64,000 nucleotides of DNA from Gallionella sp. (lineage in GTDB: Bacteria > Pseudomonadota > Gammaproteobacteria > Burkholderiales > Gallionellaceae): assembly GCA_036401875.1 (NCBI GenBank), contig DASWTZ010000004.1:355-64354 (forward strand). The letters run 5' to 3'. The translations under genes were made by a program, and so were the position numbers. Positions 10,532 to 21,000 of the stretch are shown here, piece after piece. How positions within the stretch are numbered: the stretch's first letter is position 1; every line of letters begins with the position of its first letter. The notes under the pieces are model-generated. The model saw nothing but the letters and a program-made list of their open reading frames with translations. It was not told the origin of the DNA and ran no database searches.

Positions 10532-12049
10532 TTATCCCAGGAACAGCCGGTAGGCCGGATTGGCGCTCTCGTCCCAGTAACGGTAGCCGAGGGTGTCGAG
10601 GAAGGTCTTGAGCACCTTCTTGTCCTTATGCGGCACCTGCATCCCGACCAGCACGCGGCCATAGTCGGCGCCGTGGTTGCGATAGTGGAAAAGGCTGATG
10701 TTCCAGCTGTGGTTCATGCTGTTGAGGAAGTTCATCAGAGCGCCGGGGCGCTCGGGGAACTCGAAGCGGAACAGGATCTCATCCCTGGCCTCCGGCGCGT
10801 GGCCGCCGACCAGGTGGCGCAGGTGCAGCTTGGCCATCTCGTTGTCGGTGAGGTCCAGCGTGTCGAGCTTGCCCCTCTCCAGCGCAGCGACCAGCCTAGC
10901 GGTCTCCGCCGGGTCTCGCACCTGGATACCGACGAACACCCGCGCCTCCTTCGGATCGGCGTAGCGGTAGTTGAATTCGGTGATATTGCGGTTGCCGACT
11001 AGGGCACAGAATTTGCGGAAGCTGCCCGGTGTTTCGGGGATGGTCACCGCCAAGATAGCCTCGCGCTTCTCGCCGATCTCGGCACGCTCGGAGACGAAAC
11101 GCAGCCGGTCGAAATTCATGTTCGCGCCGCTACACACGGTGACCAGCGTCTCGCCCTTGAGTTTCTCGCGCGCGGCGTACAGCTTGGCGCCGGCAACGGC
11201 GAGTGCGCCCGCGGGTTCGAGGATGGAGCGGGTGTCCTGGAACACGTCCTTGATTGCGGCGCACACCGCGTCGGTGTCCACCAGCACGACCTCGTCCACG
11301 AACTGCCTGCATACCCTAAAGGTCTCCTCGCCCGCGAGTTTGACCGCGGTGCCGTCGGAAAACAGCCCGACATCGTTGAGCGTGACGCGCTTCTTCGCCT
11401 TCAGCGAACGCGCCATCGCATCGGAGTCGGTGGTCTGCACGCCGATGACCCGGATGTCGGGGCGCACCTGCTTGACGTAGGCGGCCACGCCCGCGATCAG
11501 CCCACCACCGCCGATGGCGCAGAAGATCGCGTGAATGGGGGCCTGGCGCTGGCGCAGGATTTCCATCGCAACGGTGCCCTGCCCGGCAATGACGTCAGGA
11601 TCGTCGAAGGGATGCACGAAGGTAAGTTTGAGTTTCTTCTCCAGTTCCAGCGCATGTGCGTATGCATCGGAGTAGGAGTCCCCGTGCAGCACGATCTCCA
11701 CGGCACGCTGGCCGAAATGCTTCACCGCGTCTATCTTCACCTGCGGCGTCGTGGTCGGCATCACGATGGTCGCCTTGCAGCCCAGGCGGTGTGCGGATAA
11801 TGCAACGCCCTGCGCATGGTTGCCCGCCGAGGCGGCGATCACGCCGCGCTTGAGCTGCTCCGGGGTGAGTTGCGCCATCTTGTTGTAGGCGCCGCGCAGT
11901 TTGAAGGAAAACACCGGCTGCATGTCTTCGCGCTTGAGCAGGACCGTATTGCCCGTCCGCGCCGAAAGGTTGGGCGCCATTTCCAGCGGGGTTTCATGCG
12001 CCACGTCGTACACCCTCGCGTTGAGGATGCGTTTCAAATATCCGTTCAT
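10532..12049 (-). CDS. ilvA: Threonine ammonia-lyase, biosynthetic
   Basis: PLP motif KREDMQPVFSFKLRGA, ASAGNHAQG, and C-terminal regulatory repeats (FEFPERPGAL, FHYRNHG). Confidence 0.97.
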   Translation of the reverse strand: MNGYLKRILNARVYDVAHETPLEMAPNLSARTGNTVLLKREDMQPVFSFKLRGAYNKMAQLTPEQLKRGVIAASAGNHAQGVALSAHRLGCKATIVMPTTTPQVKIDAVKHFGQRAVEIVLHGDSYSDAYAHALELEKKLKLTFVHPFDDPDVIAGQGTVAMEILRQRQAPIHAIFCAIGGGGLIAGVAAYVKQVRPDIRVIGVQTTDSDAMARSLKAKKRVTLNDVGLFSDGTAVKLAGEETFRVCRQFVDEVVLVDTDAVCAAIKDVFQDTRSILEPAGALAVAGAKLYAAREKLKGETLVTVCSGANMNFDRLRFVSERAEIGEKREAILAVTIPETPGSFRKFCALVGNRNITEFNYRYADPKEARVFVGIQVRDPAETARLVAALERGKLDTLDLTDNEMAKLHLRHLVGGHAPEARDEILFRFEFPERPGALMNFLNSMNHSWNISLFHYRNHGADYGRVLVGMQVPHKDKKVLKTFLDTLGYRYWDESANPAYRLFLG

Positions 12050-12144
12050 GTTCCGATTCTGTCGTAAAAAATACCCGCGAAGATTAGCACAAAAGCCGGG
12101 CGAACCCCTTGCGACACAAGGAAAAATCGGGTCAAATGCCGCGC

Positions 12145-12528
12145 ATGAAACAAAACTTCCCTCATGGTATCGACGTGCAGGCTAGGGTTAATTACCTGCC
12201 CGAACAGTCCGATGAAGCGAGCAACCGCTACGTCTTCTCGTACACCATCACGATCACCAACCTGGGCGTGGAGCCGGTCAAACTGATCAGCCGCCACTGG
12301 ATCATCACCGATGCCGACAACCAGGTGCAGGAAGTGCGCGGCCAGGGCGTGGTGGGCGAACAGCCGCTGCTCCAGCCCAGCCAGAGTTTTGAATATACCA
12401 GCGGCACCGTGCTGACCACCCAAGTCGGCACGATGCGCGGCAGTTACCAAATGCAGGCCGAGGACGGCACGCAATTTGAAGCAGAAATCCCCCAATTCGT
12501 ACTGAGCATTCCACGTGTATTACATTAA
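12145..12528 (+). CDS. apaG: ApaG protein
   Basis: SRHWIITD, GQGVVGEQP, FEYTSG and terminal PRVLH motifs. Confidence 0.94.
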   Translation: MKQNFPHGIDVQARVNYLPEQSDEASNRYVFSYTITITNLGVEPVKLISRHWIITDADNQVQEVRGQGVVGEQPLLQPSQSFEYTSGTVLTTQVGTMRGSYQMQAEDGTQFEAEIPQFVLSIPRVLH

Positions 12529-12556
12529 TCCGGTTTCACCCAACCTTCTTTCCTCA

Positions 12557-13696
12557 ATGCGCAGTGCCGCGCTACTGCTGGCAGGGTTGCTGGCAGCCTG
12601 CACGACACCAAAATCCCAGCCCCCAGCAGACACGTCTCCCTACCCGCCTTTTGCGGTCAGCAAGTGGGAGATGCTGCCCGATTGGCAGACGATAGACCTG
12701 CAGCCGGCCTGGGCTGCCTTCTGGCAAAGCTGCACCGCACTCAAGAACAAGCCCGGCTGGCAGCCGATCTGCTCGCGCGCCAATGATCTGGGCCAGCCCG
12801 ACAACGATGCACTGCGCGCGTTCTTCGAGGAAGGCTTCACCCCCTACCAGGTGTTCAACCCGGACGGCACCTCGCAGGGGCTGATCACCGGCTATTACGA
12901 ACCCAAACTCTACGGAAGCCGCGTCAAGACAAAACGCTTCCGTTATCCGCTGTACAGCATGCCCGAGGACTTGCTGACCATCGAGCTGGGCGAGGTATAC
13001 CCGCAACTCAAGGATCTGCGTTTGCGCGGGCGGCTGCAGGGCAACCGCGTCGTCCCGTATTACAGCCGTGCGGAAATCGACAAAGGCATGGCGCCACTCG
13101 AAGGCCACGTGCTCTACTGGGTGGACAATGCGATCGACCTGTTCTTCCTGCAGATACAGGGGTCGGGACGCATCCAGTTGCCCGACGGCAGTATGGTGAA
13201 AATCGGCTACGCCAACCAGAACGGACATCCTTACACCTCGCTCGGCAAGAAGCTGGCCGAGATCGGGGCGTTCACGCTGGAAGAATCCTCGATGCAGAAC
13301 ATCAAGCTCTGGGCCGAGAAAAATCCGGACAAACTGGACAAGATGCTGGCGCAGAACCCGAGCTACGTGTTCTTCCGCGAACTGCCCGCCACCCTCGGCG
13401 CCCCGCTGGGCGCGCTGGGCGTGCCGCTGACCGACGAATACAGCATGGCTGTCGATCCGCGCACCATCCCGCTCGGCGCGCCGGTATTCCTCTCCACCAC
13501 CTACCCGAACACCAACGAACCGCTGAACCGCCTGATGCTCGCGCAGGACACCGGCGGCGCGATCCGCGGCGCGGTACGCGGCGACTTCTTCTGGGGATTC
13601 GGCGAACAGGCCGGCACGCAGGCGGGACGCATGAAGCAGAGCGGACAGATGTGGGTGCTGTTCCCCAAAGGCGCGGAACCTGCGCTCAAACCCTAG
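12557..13696 (+). CDS. mltA: Membrane-bound lytic murein transglycosylase A (lipoprotein)
   Basis: Lipobox LAAC, TGYYEP, LQIQGSG, NPSYVFF and the 3D motif AQDTGGAIRG. Confidence 0.93.
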   Translation: MRSAALLLAGLLAACTTPKSQPPADTSPYPPFAVSKWEMLPDWQTIDLQPAWAAFWQSCTALKNKPGWQPICSRANDLGQPDNDALRAFFEEGFTPYQVFNPDGTSQGLITGYYEPKLYGSRVKTKRFRYPLYSMPEDLLTIELGEVYPQLKDLRLRGRLQGNRVVPYYSRAEIDKGMAPLEGHVLYWVDNAIDLFFLQIQGSGRIQLPDGSMVKIGYANQNGHPYTSLGKKLAEIGAFTLEESSMQNIKLWAEKNPDKLDKMLAQNPSYVFFRELPATLGAPLGALGVPLTDEYSMAVDPRTIPLGAPVFLSTTYPNTNEPLNRLMLAQDTGGAIRGAVRGDFFWGFGEQAGTQAGRMKQSGQMWVLFPKGAEPALKP

Positions 13697-13755
13697 CAGC
13701 CAAGCAGCGCCCGGCATGGCAATCGCCAGCCCCCTAAACGAAACCGCGAAGCGCC

Positions 13756-14664
13756 CTATCCGATCACCAGCGCGTTATTCCGTCCGTTGCGCTTGGCCGC
13801 CTGCAGCTTGGAATTGACCAGGCTCATCAACATGTCTTCGGTCGTTTCACGGTTCGGCATGCAGTGCACGCCGCCAATGCTGATCGTGACCACACCCTGC
13901 GGAGAATCCTCGTGGGGAATGGCCAGCTGGCGCACCTGCTCGCAGAGCTTTTCGGCATGCTGGCGCAGGGCCGCCGCCCCGAACGACAGCGACACGACGG
14001 CGATCTCGCCGCCGCCGTATCTCGCCACGCAATCCGAGGCCCGCGAAAAAGATTTCGCCAGGTTCTCGCCCACCCGGCGCAGGCACTCGTCGCCTGCCGA
14101 TTGCCCGTAACGCAGGTTGAACTGCTTGAAATGATCGATATCGATCATCAGCAGCGACATCCCGCTGTGGATGCGCCGGGCGACGTGCAGCAGATCCTTG
14201 AAGCGCTCGTCGAAACGGCGGCGATTGGCGATGCCGACCAGCGGGTCGGTGTAGATCAGCTCGTTGAGCTGCTGCTCGAGCTGAATCCGGTCGGTCGCAT
14301 CTTTCTGGATGCCAATGTAATGGGTCAGCACGCCGTCGGCGTTGCGCACCGGCGAGAGGCTCAACTGGTTCCAGAACATCGTGCCGTCCTTGCGGTAGTT
14401 GCGAAACGTGACGACGCAACCCTGCCCCTTCGCCACGGCGGCGCGGACGGTGGCAATTTCGGGGTGATCCGTATCGCTGCCCTGTAGCATATGGTAGTCG
14501 TGCCCGATGACCTCGCCGGCCTGGTAGCCGGTCAGCTTCTCGAACCCCTGATTCACGTAGACCAACGGAAAACCCGGCTGCTGCGCATCGATGATGGTGA
14601 TGCCGTCGCGCGATTCGTTCAGCGCCTTGACGAGTAATTCATGCGAAATGTTCAACGCTGCCAC
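13756..14664 (-). CDS. LOV-like PAS + degenerate GGDEF domain protein
   Basis: PAS domain with NYRKDG..FWN but GHDYHMLQ in place of GxNCRFLQ. GGDEF-domain scaffold with GGGEI and an intact RxxD (RASD). Confidence 0.85.
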   Translation of the reverse strand: MAALNISHELLVKALNESRDGITIIDAQQPGFPLVYVNQGFEKLTGYQAGEVIGHDYHMLQGSDTDHPEIATVRAAVAKGQGCVVTFRNYRKDGTMFWNQLSLSPVRNADGVLTHYIGIQKDATDRIQLEQQLNELIYTDPLVGIANRRRFDERFKDLLHVARRIHSGMSLLMIDIDHFKQFNLRYGQSAGDECLRRVGENLAKSFSRASDCVARYGGGEIAVVSLSFGAAALRQHAEKLCEQVRQLAIPHEDSPQGVVTISIGGVHCMPNRETTEDMLMSLVNSKLQAAKRNGRNNALVIG

Positions 14665-14670
14665 CCTGTA

Positions 14671-15369
14671 CTATTTTACTGACTGATTCAGGTTCTTTTC
14701 CAATTCCTCCGCCGGCAGATAGCCGGGGGACTGCGTGCCGTTGCCGAAAATCAGGTTGGGCGTGCCGTTGACGCGCAGCTTCTGGCCCAATGCCAGCACC
14801 TTGCCCGTGGATGTTTCGCAATTCGCCGCGGCGGGGGCCACGCCCTTCAGCATCAGCTCGTCCCAGGTCTTGGCCGGATTGGCCGAACAGAGTACGTTGC
14901 GGACGATCACGTCGGAATTCGGGAAGATCGGGTACAGGAACAGGTAGAGGGTGACATCGCTGATCTTGGCCAGCTCCTGTTCCAGCTTTTTGCAGTAGGA
15001 GCAATTCGGGTCGGTGAAATAGGCCATCTGGCGCTTGCCGTTGCCCTTCACTTTCTTCACGGCCAGTTCTAGCGGCAGGTCCTTGAAGTTGATCGCAAAC
15101 AGCACGCGGCGTCGCTCCTCGGTCAGGTTCCGGCGGGTCTTAGTGTCCATGATGTTGCCGTTGAACAGATACTGCCCCTTGTCATCCATGTACACCACCT
15201 GCCCCTCCACCAGCACCTCGTACAGGCCGGAATAGGGCGTCTTGATAATGTGCTCGATCTTGCCTATACCGGGGAAGTTATCGCGGAACGATTCCCTGAT
15301 CTCCTTTTCTCCCGCATGTGCGGAAGAAAGCATCGCGAGCAGCAGACTGAATAAGGCAATTTTTTTCAT
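14671..15369 (-). CDS. dsbC: Thiol:disulfide interchange protein DsbC family
   Basis: Signal peptide, FTDPNCSYCK active site and cis-Pro loop GTP. Confidence 0.88.
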   Translation of the reverse strand: MKKIALFSLLLAMLSSAHAGEKEIRESFRDNFPGIGKIEHIIKTPYSGLYEVLVEGQVVYMDDKGQYLFNGNIMDTKTRRNLTEERRRVLFAINFKDLPLELAVKKVKGNGKRQMAYFTDPNCSYCKKLEQELAKISDVTLYLFLYPIFPNSDVIVRNVLCSANPAKTWDELMLKGVAPAAANCETSTGKVLALGQKLRVNGTPNLIFGNGTQSPGYLPAEELEKNLNQSVK

Positions 15370-15389
15370 GGTATCTCTCTCGTTACGGG

Positions 15390-16562
15390 TTAATTTAAGG
15401 CATGCCGCATCAGCATCTTCTTGAGCGGAATGATCCGATTGGTGAGGGCCAGCCCCGCATTGCGCAAGGCGCCCAGCAGCGGCACATCATTGTTGAACAG
15501 CTGCTTCAGGCCGTAGGTCGTGGCCTGCATCGAGTAAATATCCTCCTTGCGCTTGCGCTCGTAGCGGCGCAGCAGCACGGCGTCGCCGCAGTCGAACTGC
15601 GCGCCTTGCTCGTTCAACTCCAGCGCCAACTGGCGCGCGTCGCGAAAGCCGGTATTCACTCCCTGGCCGGCCAGCGGGTGCATGTTGTGCGCGGCATCCC
15701 CGATCAGCGCCACCCGCTGCGACGTGATCTGCGGCAGCACCAGCAACCGCAACGGAAAGGCCGCAGCCGGCGTGATCACGCTCATCTGGCCCAGCGTGTG
15801 CCGGGCAGCGGCGCTCACGCTGGCGCACAGCTCTTCGTGTGTGAGCGCCAGCAATTCCACCGAGCGCTCCGGGCTAACTGACCACACCATGGACACCCGG
15901 TTGCCCGGCAGAGGCAGCAACGCCAGTATCCCGTCCGGCTGGAACCACTGCCATGCAATGTTGCGGTGCGGTTTTTCGACCGTGAAGTTTGCGACCACGC
16001 CGTGCTGGTGATAATCGACCGGCGCCGCGCTGATGCCGGCCTGGCTGCGCACCCATGAGTCGCGGCCATCGGCGCCGACGACCAGCCTGGCAGTCAGGAT
16101 GCGCCCGTCTTCCAGCTTGAGCTCGGCGGCATCTTCACCGGTCTTGAGCGACGCGCAATGCGCGGGACTGATCACAGTCAGGTTTTCCTGGTTTTGCAGC
16201 ACCTGCCACAGCGCCTGGTGCAATTCGCGGTTTTCCAGGATGCAGGCCAGCTCCGGCACGCCCATCTGGTAGGCCGAGAAATCCAGCTCCGCGCCCGTAT
16301 CACCGAACACACGCATCTCCTCGACAGGCTCGATGCGTGCGGTATCCATAAGCGACCAGGCGCCCGACTGCTCAAGAAAGCAGCGGCTACCGGGGCTGAT
16401 CGCATAAATGCGGCTGTCCCAATCGTCCGCAGCCTGTACGTCCCCCCGCATGAGCGAGGACTGACTCTCCACGATAGCGAGCTTGAGCCTGCTATGCTTC
16501 AGCGCGGCGGCCAGACTGGCTCCCACCAGCCCCCCGCCAACGATCACGATGTCGAAATTCAT
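15390..16562 (-). CDS. UbiH/UbiF/UbiI-family FAD-dependent ubiquinone biosynthesis hydroxylase
   Basis: VGGGLVG Rossmann motif, GADG, and GDAAHNMHPLAGQGVNTGFRD. Confidence 0.9.
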   Translation of the reverse strand: MNFDIVIVGGGLVGASLAAALKHSRLKLAIVESQSSLMRGDVQAADDWDSRIYAISPGSRCFLEQSGAWSLMDTARIEPVEEMRVFGDTGAELDFSAYQMGVPELACILENRELHQALWQVLQNQENLTVISPAHCASLKTGEDAAELKLEDGRILTARLVVGADGRDSWVRSQAGISAAPVDYHQHGVVANFTVEKPHRNIAWQWFQPDGILALLPLPGNRVSMVWSVSPERSVELLALTHEELCASVSAAARHTLGQMSVITPAAAFPLRLLVLPQITSQRVALIGDAAHNMHPLAGQGVNTGFRDARQLALELNEQGAQFDCGDAVLLRRYERKRKEDIYSMQATTYGLKQLFNNDVPLLGALRNAGLALTNRIIPLKKMLMRHALN

Positions 16563-16641
16563 GACAGCGATCATAGCATGACGACCAGTTTCATTTATAA
16601 TCCCACCCCCTCGCGGAAATCGCACCCCTTTTGGAACCCGG

Positions 16642-17649
16642 ATGCAAATCGGCCCCTATCAACTGAAGAACAACCTGATTGTCGCCCCCATGGCCGGGGT
16701 GACCGACCGGCCTTTCCGCATGCTGTGCAAGCGCATGGGGGCCGGCATGGCGGTGTCCGAGATGGTCGCGTCCAATTCGCTGCTGTACGGGTCCGAGAAG
16801 ACGAAGCGCCGCGCCAACCACGAGGGCGAGGCCGATCCGATCTCGGTGCAGATCGTCGGCGCCGACCCGAAGATGCTAGCCCAGGCCGCGCAATACAACG
16901 TGGACAACGGCGCGCAGATCATCGACATCAACATGGGCTGCCCCGCGAAGAAAATCTGCAACGTGATGGCGGGCTCTGCGCTGATGCAGAACGAAAAGCT
17001 GGTCGCCGAGATACTCGAGGCGGTGGTGGGCGCGGTGGACGTGCCGGTCACGCTGAAGACGCGCACCGGCTGGGACAAGTCCAACCGCAATGCGATCAAC
17101 ATTGCGCGCATCGCCGAATCGTCCGGCATCCAGGCGCTGGCCATTCACGGCCGCACCCGCGCCTGCGCCTACACCGGCGACGCAGAATACGACACCATCG
17201 CCGCGGTCAAGGCCGAGGTGAAGATCCCCATCATCGCCAACGGCGACATCACCACGCCCGAAAAGGCGAAATTCGTGCTCGACCACACCCGCGCCGACGC
17301 GGTGATGATAGGCCGCGCCGCGCAGGGCCGCCCCTGGCTTTTCCGCGAGATCGAACACTACCTGAACACCGGCACCCACCTGCCCTCACCCGAAGCCGAC
17401 GAGATACACCGCATCCTGTCGGCGCATGTGCAGGAGCTTTACGGATTCTACGGAGAGCAGACCGGGCTGCGCGTCGCGCGCAAGCATATCTCCTGGTACA
17501 CCAAGGGACTGGCCGGCTCGGCGCACTTCCGTCACCACATGAACCAGCTGGAAGATCCAGTCGAACAATTGAACGCGGTAAGCGAATTCTTTGCCGGGCA
17601 GTCCCAGCAGGGAACGCAACCGCAATATATAGAGGAACTGGCAGCATGA
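16642..17649 (+). CDS. dusB: tRNA-dihydrouridine synthase B
   Basis: APMAGVTD, DINMGCPAKK, HGRTR and NGDI motifs. Upstream of fis. Confidence 0.96.
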   Translation: MQIGPYQLKNNLIVAPMAGVTDRPFRMLCKRMGAGMAVSEMVASNSLLYGSEKTKRRANHEGEADPISVQIVGADPKMLAQAAQYNVDNGAQIIDINMGCPAKKICNVMAGSALMQNEKLVAEILEAVVGAVDVPVTLKTRTGWDKSNRNAINIARIAESSGIQALAIHGRTRACAYTGDAEYDTIAAVKAEVKIPIIANGDITTPEKAKFVLDHTRADAVMIGRAAQGRPWLFREIEHYLNTGTHLPSPEADEIHRILSAHVQELYGFYGEQTGLRVARKHISWYTKGLAGSAHFRHHMNQLEDPVEQLNAVSEFFAGQSQQGTQPQYIEELAA

Positions 17650-17897
17650 CCGATTGCGTAATCAATGAAAACGACATGGCGCGCCACGTGCGCAAGGCGC
17701 TCAAGGAATACTTCAAGGACCTGGACGGCGAGGAACCCTGTGGCGACATGTATGACATGGTTATGGACTGCGTCGAAAAGCCCCTGATCGAAATGGTGCT
17801 GGAACATGTCGGCGGCAACCAGACACGCGCCTCGGAAGTGCTCGGCATCAACCGCAACACCCTGCGCAAGAAGATGCAGCAGCACGGAATAGCGTAA
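17646..17897 (+). CDS. fis: Fis DNA-binding protein
   Basis: VEKPLIEMVL...GNQTRASEVLGINRNTLRKK. ATGA overlap with dusB. Confidence 0.92.
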   Translation: MTDCVINENDMARHVRKALKEYFKDLDGEEPCGDMYDMVMDCVEKPLIEMVLEHVGGNQTRASEVLGINRNTLRKKMQQHGIA

Positions 17898-18014
17898 AAC
17901 CTGCTGCGCGACCAGATAACTGCGTTGCGCGGTGCTCGAAATCCTCATGTACTGCAAGTACATTCCGGTTTCTGTGCTCCGTGCGCCTTGTTCTCCGGCC
18001 GCTCGCGACGGTTT
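17897..18014. repeat. ~118-bp long imperfect palindrome (MITE/ERIC-like)
   Basis: Central perfect stem atgtact-gca-agtacat (17947-17963), imperfect arms gcgcggtgctcgaaatcc / ggtttctgtgctccgtgcgc, and outer aaacc/ggttt ends. Confidence 0.65.
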
Positions 18015-18051
18015 CGATTCTTGATCTGATTTTATTTTTACTGGAGCCATC

Positions 18052-19617
18052 ATGGCAGCAATCAAGCAAGCACTCATCAGCGTGTCGGACAAGTCCGGCG
18101 TCCTCGAATTTGCCAAGGGGCTGCACGCCCTCGGCGTGACGATCCTCTCCACCGGCGGCACGGCCAAGCTGCTCGCCGACAACGGCGTGCCCTGCACCGA
18201 GGTCGCCGACTACACCGGCTTCCCCGAGATGCTCGACGGCCGCGTGAAGACGCTACAGCCCAAGGTGCACGCCGGCATCCTCGCGCGCCGCGACCTGCCC
18301 GAACATGTCGCCACGCTGAAAAAGCACGGCATCCCGACCATCGACCTGGTGGTGGTGAACCTGTACCCGTTCGCGGCAACCGTCGCCAAGCCCGGCTGCA
18401 CGCTGGAGGACGCGATCGAGAACATCGACATCGGCGGTCCGACGATGGTGCGCGCCGCCGCGAAGAACCACGCGCACGTCGCCATCGTCACCGACCCGGC
18501 CGACTACACCGACGTGCTGGCCGAGATGCAGACCAACAAGTGCGCTGTCTCCGACGCGACGCGCTTCGATCTCGCGAAGAAGGCGTTCTCGCACACCGCA
18601 GCCTACGACGGCATGATCAGCAACTACCTGACCGCGATCGACAGCGACGGCACGAAGCACGCATTCCCCGCGCAGATCAACTTCAGCTTTGAGAAGGTGC
18701 AGGACATGCGCTACGGCGAGAACCCGCACCAGAGTGCCGCGTTCTACCGCGACCTGGTGGCCGTGCCCGGCGGCATCGCCGGCTACACCCAGTTGCAGGG
18801 CAAGGAGCTGTCGTACAACAACATCGGCGACGCCGACGCCGCGTGGGAACTCGTCAAGACCTTCGATGCGCCCGCCTGCGTCATCGTCAAGCACGCCAAC
18901 CCGTGCGGCGTAGCCATCGCCGACACCGCGCTCAACGCCTACAAGCTGGCCTACGCGACCGACACTACCTCCGCGTTCGGCGGCATCATCGCGTTCAACC
19001 GCGAGCTGGACGAGGCTTCCGCTGCGCAGATCACCGCCAACCAGTTCGTCGAGCTGATCATCGCGCCTTCCGCATCCGAGGCCGCGCTGAAGATCACCGC
19101 CGCCAAGCAGAACGTGCGCGTGCTGACCGTGCCGCTGTCCAACGCCCACAACCAGTGGGACGTGAAGCGCGTTTCCGGCGGCCTGCTGGTGCAGAGCCCG
19201 GATGCGCTGAACGTGCAGGCATCGCAACTGAAAGTGGTCAGCAAGGTGCAGCCGACCGCCGAGCAGATGACCGACCTGCTGTTCGCGTGGCGCGTCGCCA
19301 AGTATGTGAAGTCCAACGCGATCGTGTTCTGCAAGGGCGGGCAAACCTTGGGGGTTGGCGCCGGGCAGATGAGCCGCGTGGATTCCACCCGCATCGCCAG
19401 CATCAAGGCGCAGAACGCGGGCCTGAGCCTGGCCGGTTCCGTGGTCGCCTCCGACGCCTTCTTCCCGTTCCGTGACGGCCTGGATGTGCTGGCAGAAGCG
19501 GGCGCGAAGGCAGTGATCCAGCCGGGCGGCTCGATGCGCGACGAGGAGGTCATCAACGCGGCCAACGAGCACGGCATCGCAATGGTGGTCACCGGCTACC
19601 GCCACTTCCGTCACTAA
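18052..19617 (+). CDS. purH: Bifunctional AICAR transformylase/IMP cyclohydrolase
   Basis: [29 protein letters not shown] and terminal RHFRH motifs. Confidence 0.98.
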   Translation: MAAIKQALISVSDKSGVLEFAKGLHALGVTILSTGGTAKLLADNGVPCTEVADYTGFPEMLDGRVKTLQPKVHAGILARRDLPEHVATLKKHGIPTIDLVVVNLYPFAATVAKPGCTLEDAIENIDIGGPTMVRAAAKNHAHVAIVTDPADYTDVLAEMQTNKCAVSDATRFDLAKKAFSHTAAYDGMISNYLTAIDSDGTKHAFPAQINFSFEKVQDMRYGENPHQSAAFYRDLVAVPGGIAGYTQLQGKELSYNNIGDADAAWELVKTFDAPACVIVKHANPCGVAIADTALNAYKLAYATDTTSAFGGIIAFNRELDEASAAQITANQFVELIIAPSASEAALKITAAKQNVRVLTVPLSNAHNQWDVKRVSGGLLVQSPDALNVQASQLKVVSKVQPTAEQMTDLLFAWRVAKYVKSNAIVFCKGGQTLGVGAGQMSRVDSTRIASIKAQNAGLSLAGSVVASDAFFPFRDGLDVLAEAGAKAVIQPGGSMRDEEVINAANEHGIAMVVTGYRHFRH

Positions 19618-19623
19618 AACATC

Positions 19624-19713
19624 GGAGAAGGGACAAGGAAAGGGGGAGAGTAAGAACCACGGAGTGCATCGGTTTTTACCCTTCCCCTTCCCTTTTCCCC
19701 CTTCCCTCTTTTT
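19624..19713. repeat. Purine-tract / pyrimidine-tract heptad-periodic inverted structure
   Basis: gagaagg-gacaagg-aaagggg-gagag followed by cccttcc-ccttccc-ttttccc-ccttccc. The arms pair only with G:U wobbles. Confidence 0.55.
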
Positions 19714-19728
19714 GAAGAGAGCAACAAC

Positions 19729-21000
19729 ATGAAGATACTGGTCATCGGCTCCGGCGGTCGCGAGCACGCACTGGCGTGGCGGCTTGCGCAGGGTCACAGG
19801 GTGCAAAAGGTCTACGTCGCTCCCGGCAATGCCGGCACCGCGACCGAGCTGGGTCTGGAGAATGTCGCCCTCACCGCGATCCCCGACCTGATCGAGTTCG
19901 CCAGACGCGAGAATGTCGAGATGACTGTCGTCGGGCCGGAAGCACCGCTCGCCGCCGGCATCGTCGACCAGTTCCGCGCCGCCGGACTAAGGATATTCGG
20001 GCCGACCAAAGCCGCCGCGCAGCTTGAATCGTCCAAGGACTTCGCCAAGCGCTTCATGACGCGCCACAACATTCCGACTGCGTTCTTCGAGACCTTCAGC
20101 AGCATCACCGACGCGCGCGCCTATGTCGAGAAACACGGCGCGCCCATCGTGATCAAGGCCGACGGGCTGGCGGCCGGCAAGGGCGTGGTCGTCGCGATGA
20201 CGAAAGACGAAGCCTTCGCCGCGATCGACATGATGCTTGCGGACAACAAACTCGGCGATGCGGGCGCGCGGGTCGTTATCGAGGAATTCCTCGAAGGTGA
20301 GGAAGCCAGCTTCATCGTCATGGTCGACGGCAAGCATGTGCTACCGATGGCGACCAGCCAGGACCACAAGCGCCTGCTGGACGGCGACCTCGGCCCCAAC
20401 ACCGGCGGCATGGGCGCGTACTCTCCCGCCCCGGTGGTCACGCCGGAGATCCACGCGCGGGTGCTGCGCGAGGTCATCAATCCGGTGGTGCGCGGCATGG
20501 CCGCCGAGGGCATCACCTATACCGGTTTCCTGTATGCGGGCCTGATGATCTCGCCGAACGGCAGCCTCAAAGTGCTCGAATTCAACTGCCGCATGGGCGA
20601 CCCCGAAACCCAGCCGATCATGATGCGGCTCAAGAGCAACCTGTGCATCCTGATCCAGCATGCTATCGACGGCACGCTAGACCGGATCGAGGCCGAATGG
20701 GACCGGCGCACCGCGCTCGGCGTCGTGATGGCCGCCGCGAATTATCCCGACACGCCGCGCAAGGGCGATGTCATCAGCGGCCTGCCGGCAAAGCTGGAGG
20801 ACGGTCATGTATTCCACGCCGGCACCGCGCTGCAGGACGGCCGCATCGTCACCAGCGGCGGCCGCGTGCTGTGCGTGGTCGCGCTCGGCGACATGGTGAA
20901 GCACGCGAAAAATCGTGCCTACGAGATCGCCGACGCCATCCATTTCGACGGCAGCCAGATGCGCCGGGACATCGGCTACCGCGCCCTTTCCAGGAAATAA
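19729..21000 (+). CDS. purD: Phosphoribosylamine--glycine ligase
   Basis: [30 protein letters not shown] and RMGDPETQ motifs. Confidence 0.98.
   Translation: MKILVIGSGGREHALAWRLAQGHRVQKVYVAPGNAGTATELGLENVALTAIPDLIEFARRENVEMTVVGPEAPLAAGIVDQFRAAGLRIFGPTKAAAQLESSKDFAKRFMTRHNIPTAFFETFSSITDARAYVEKHGAPIVIKADGLAAGKGVVVAMTKDEAFAAIDMMLADNKLGDAGARVVIEEFLEGEEASFIVMVDGKHVLPMATSQDHKRLLDGDLGPNTGGMGAYSPAPVVTPEIHARVLREVINPVVRGMAAEGITYTGFLYAGLMISPNGSLKVLEFNCRMGDPETQPIMMRLKSNLCILIQHAIDGTLDRIEAEWDRRTALGVVMAAANYPDTPRKGDVISGLPAKLEDGHVFHAGTALQDGRIVTSGGRVLCVVALGDMVKHAKNRAYEIADAIHFDGSQMRRDIGYRALSRK

Noticed and set aside
16158-17645. Apparent 579-aa Fis fusion ORF
   Set aside because: Alternative frame over ubiH/dusB. 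The real fis starts at 17646.
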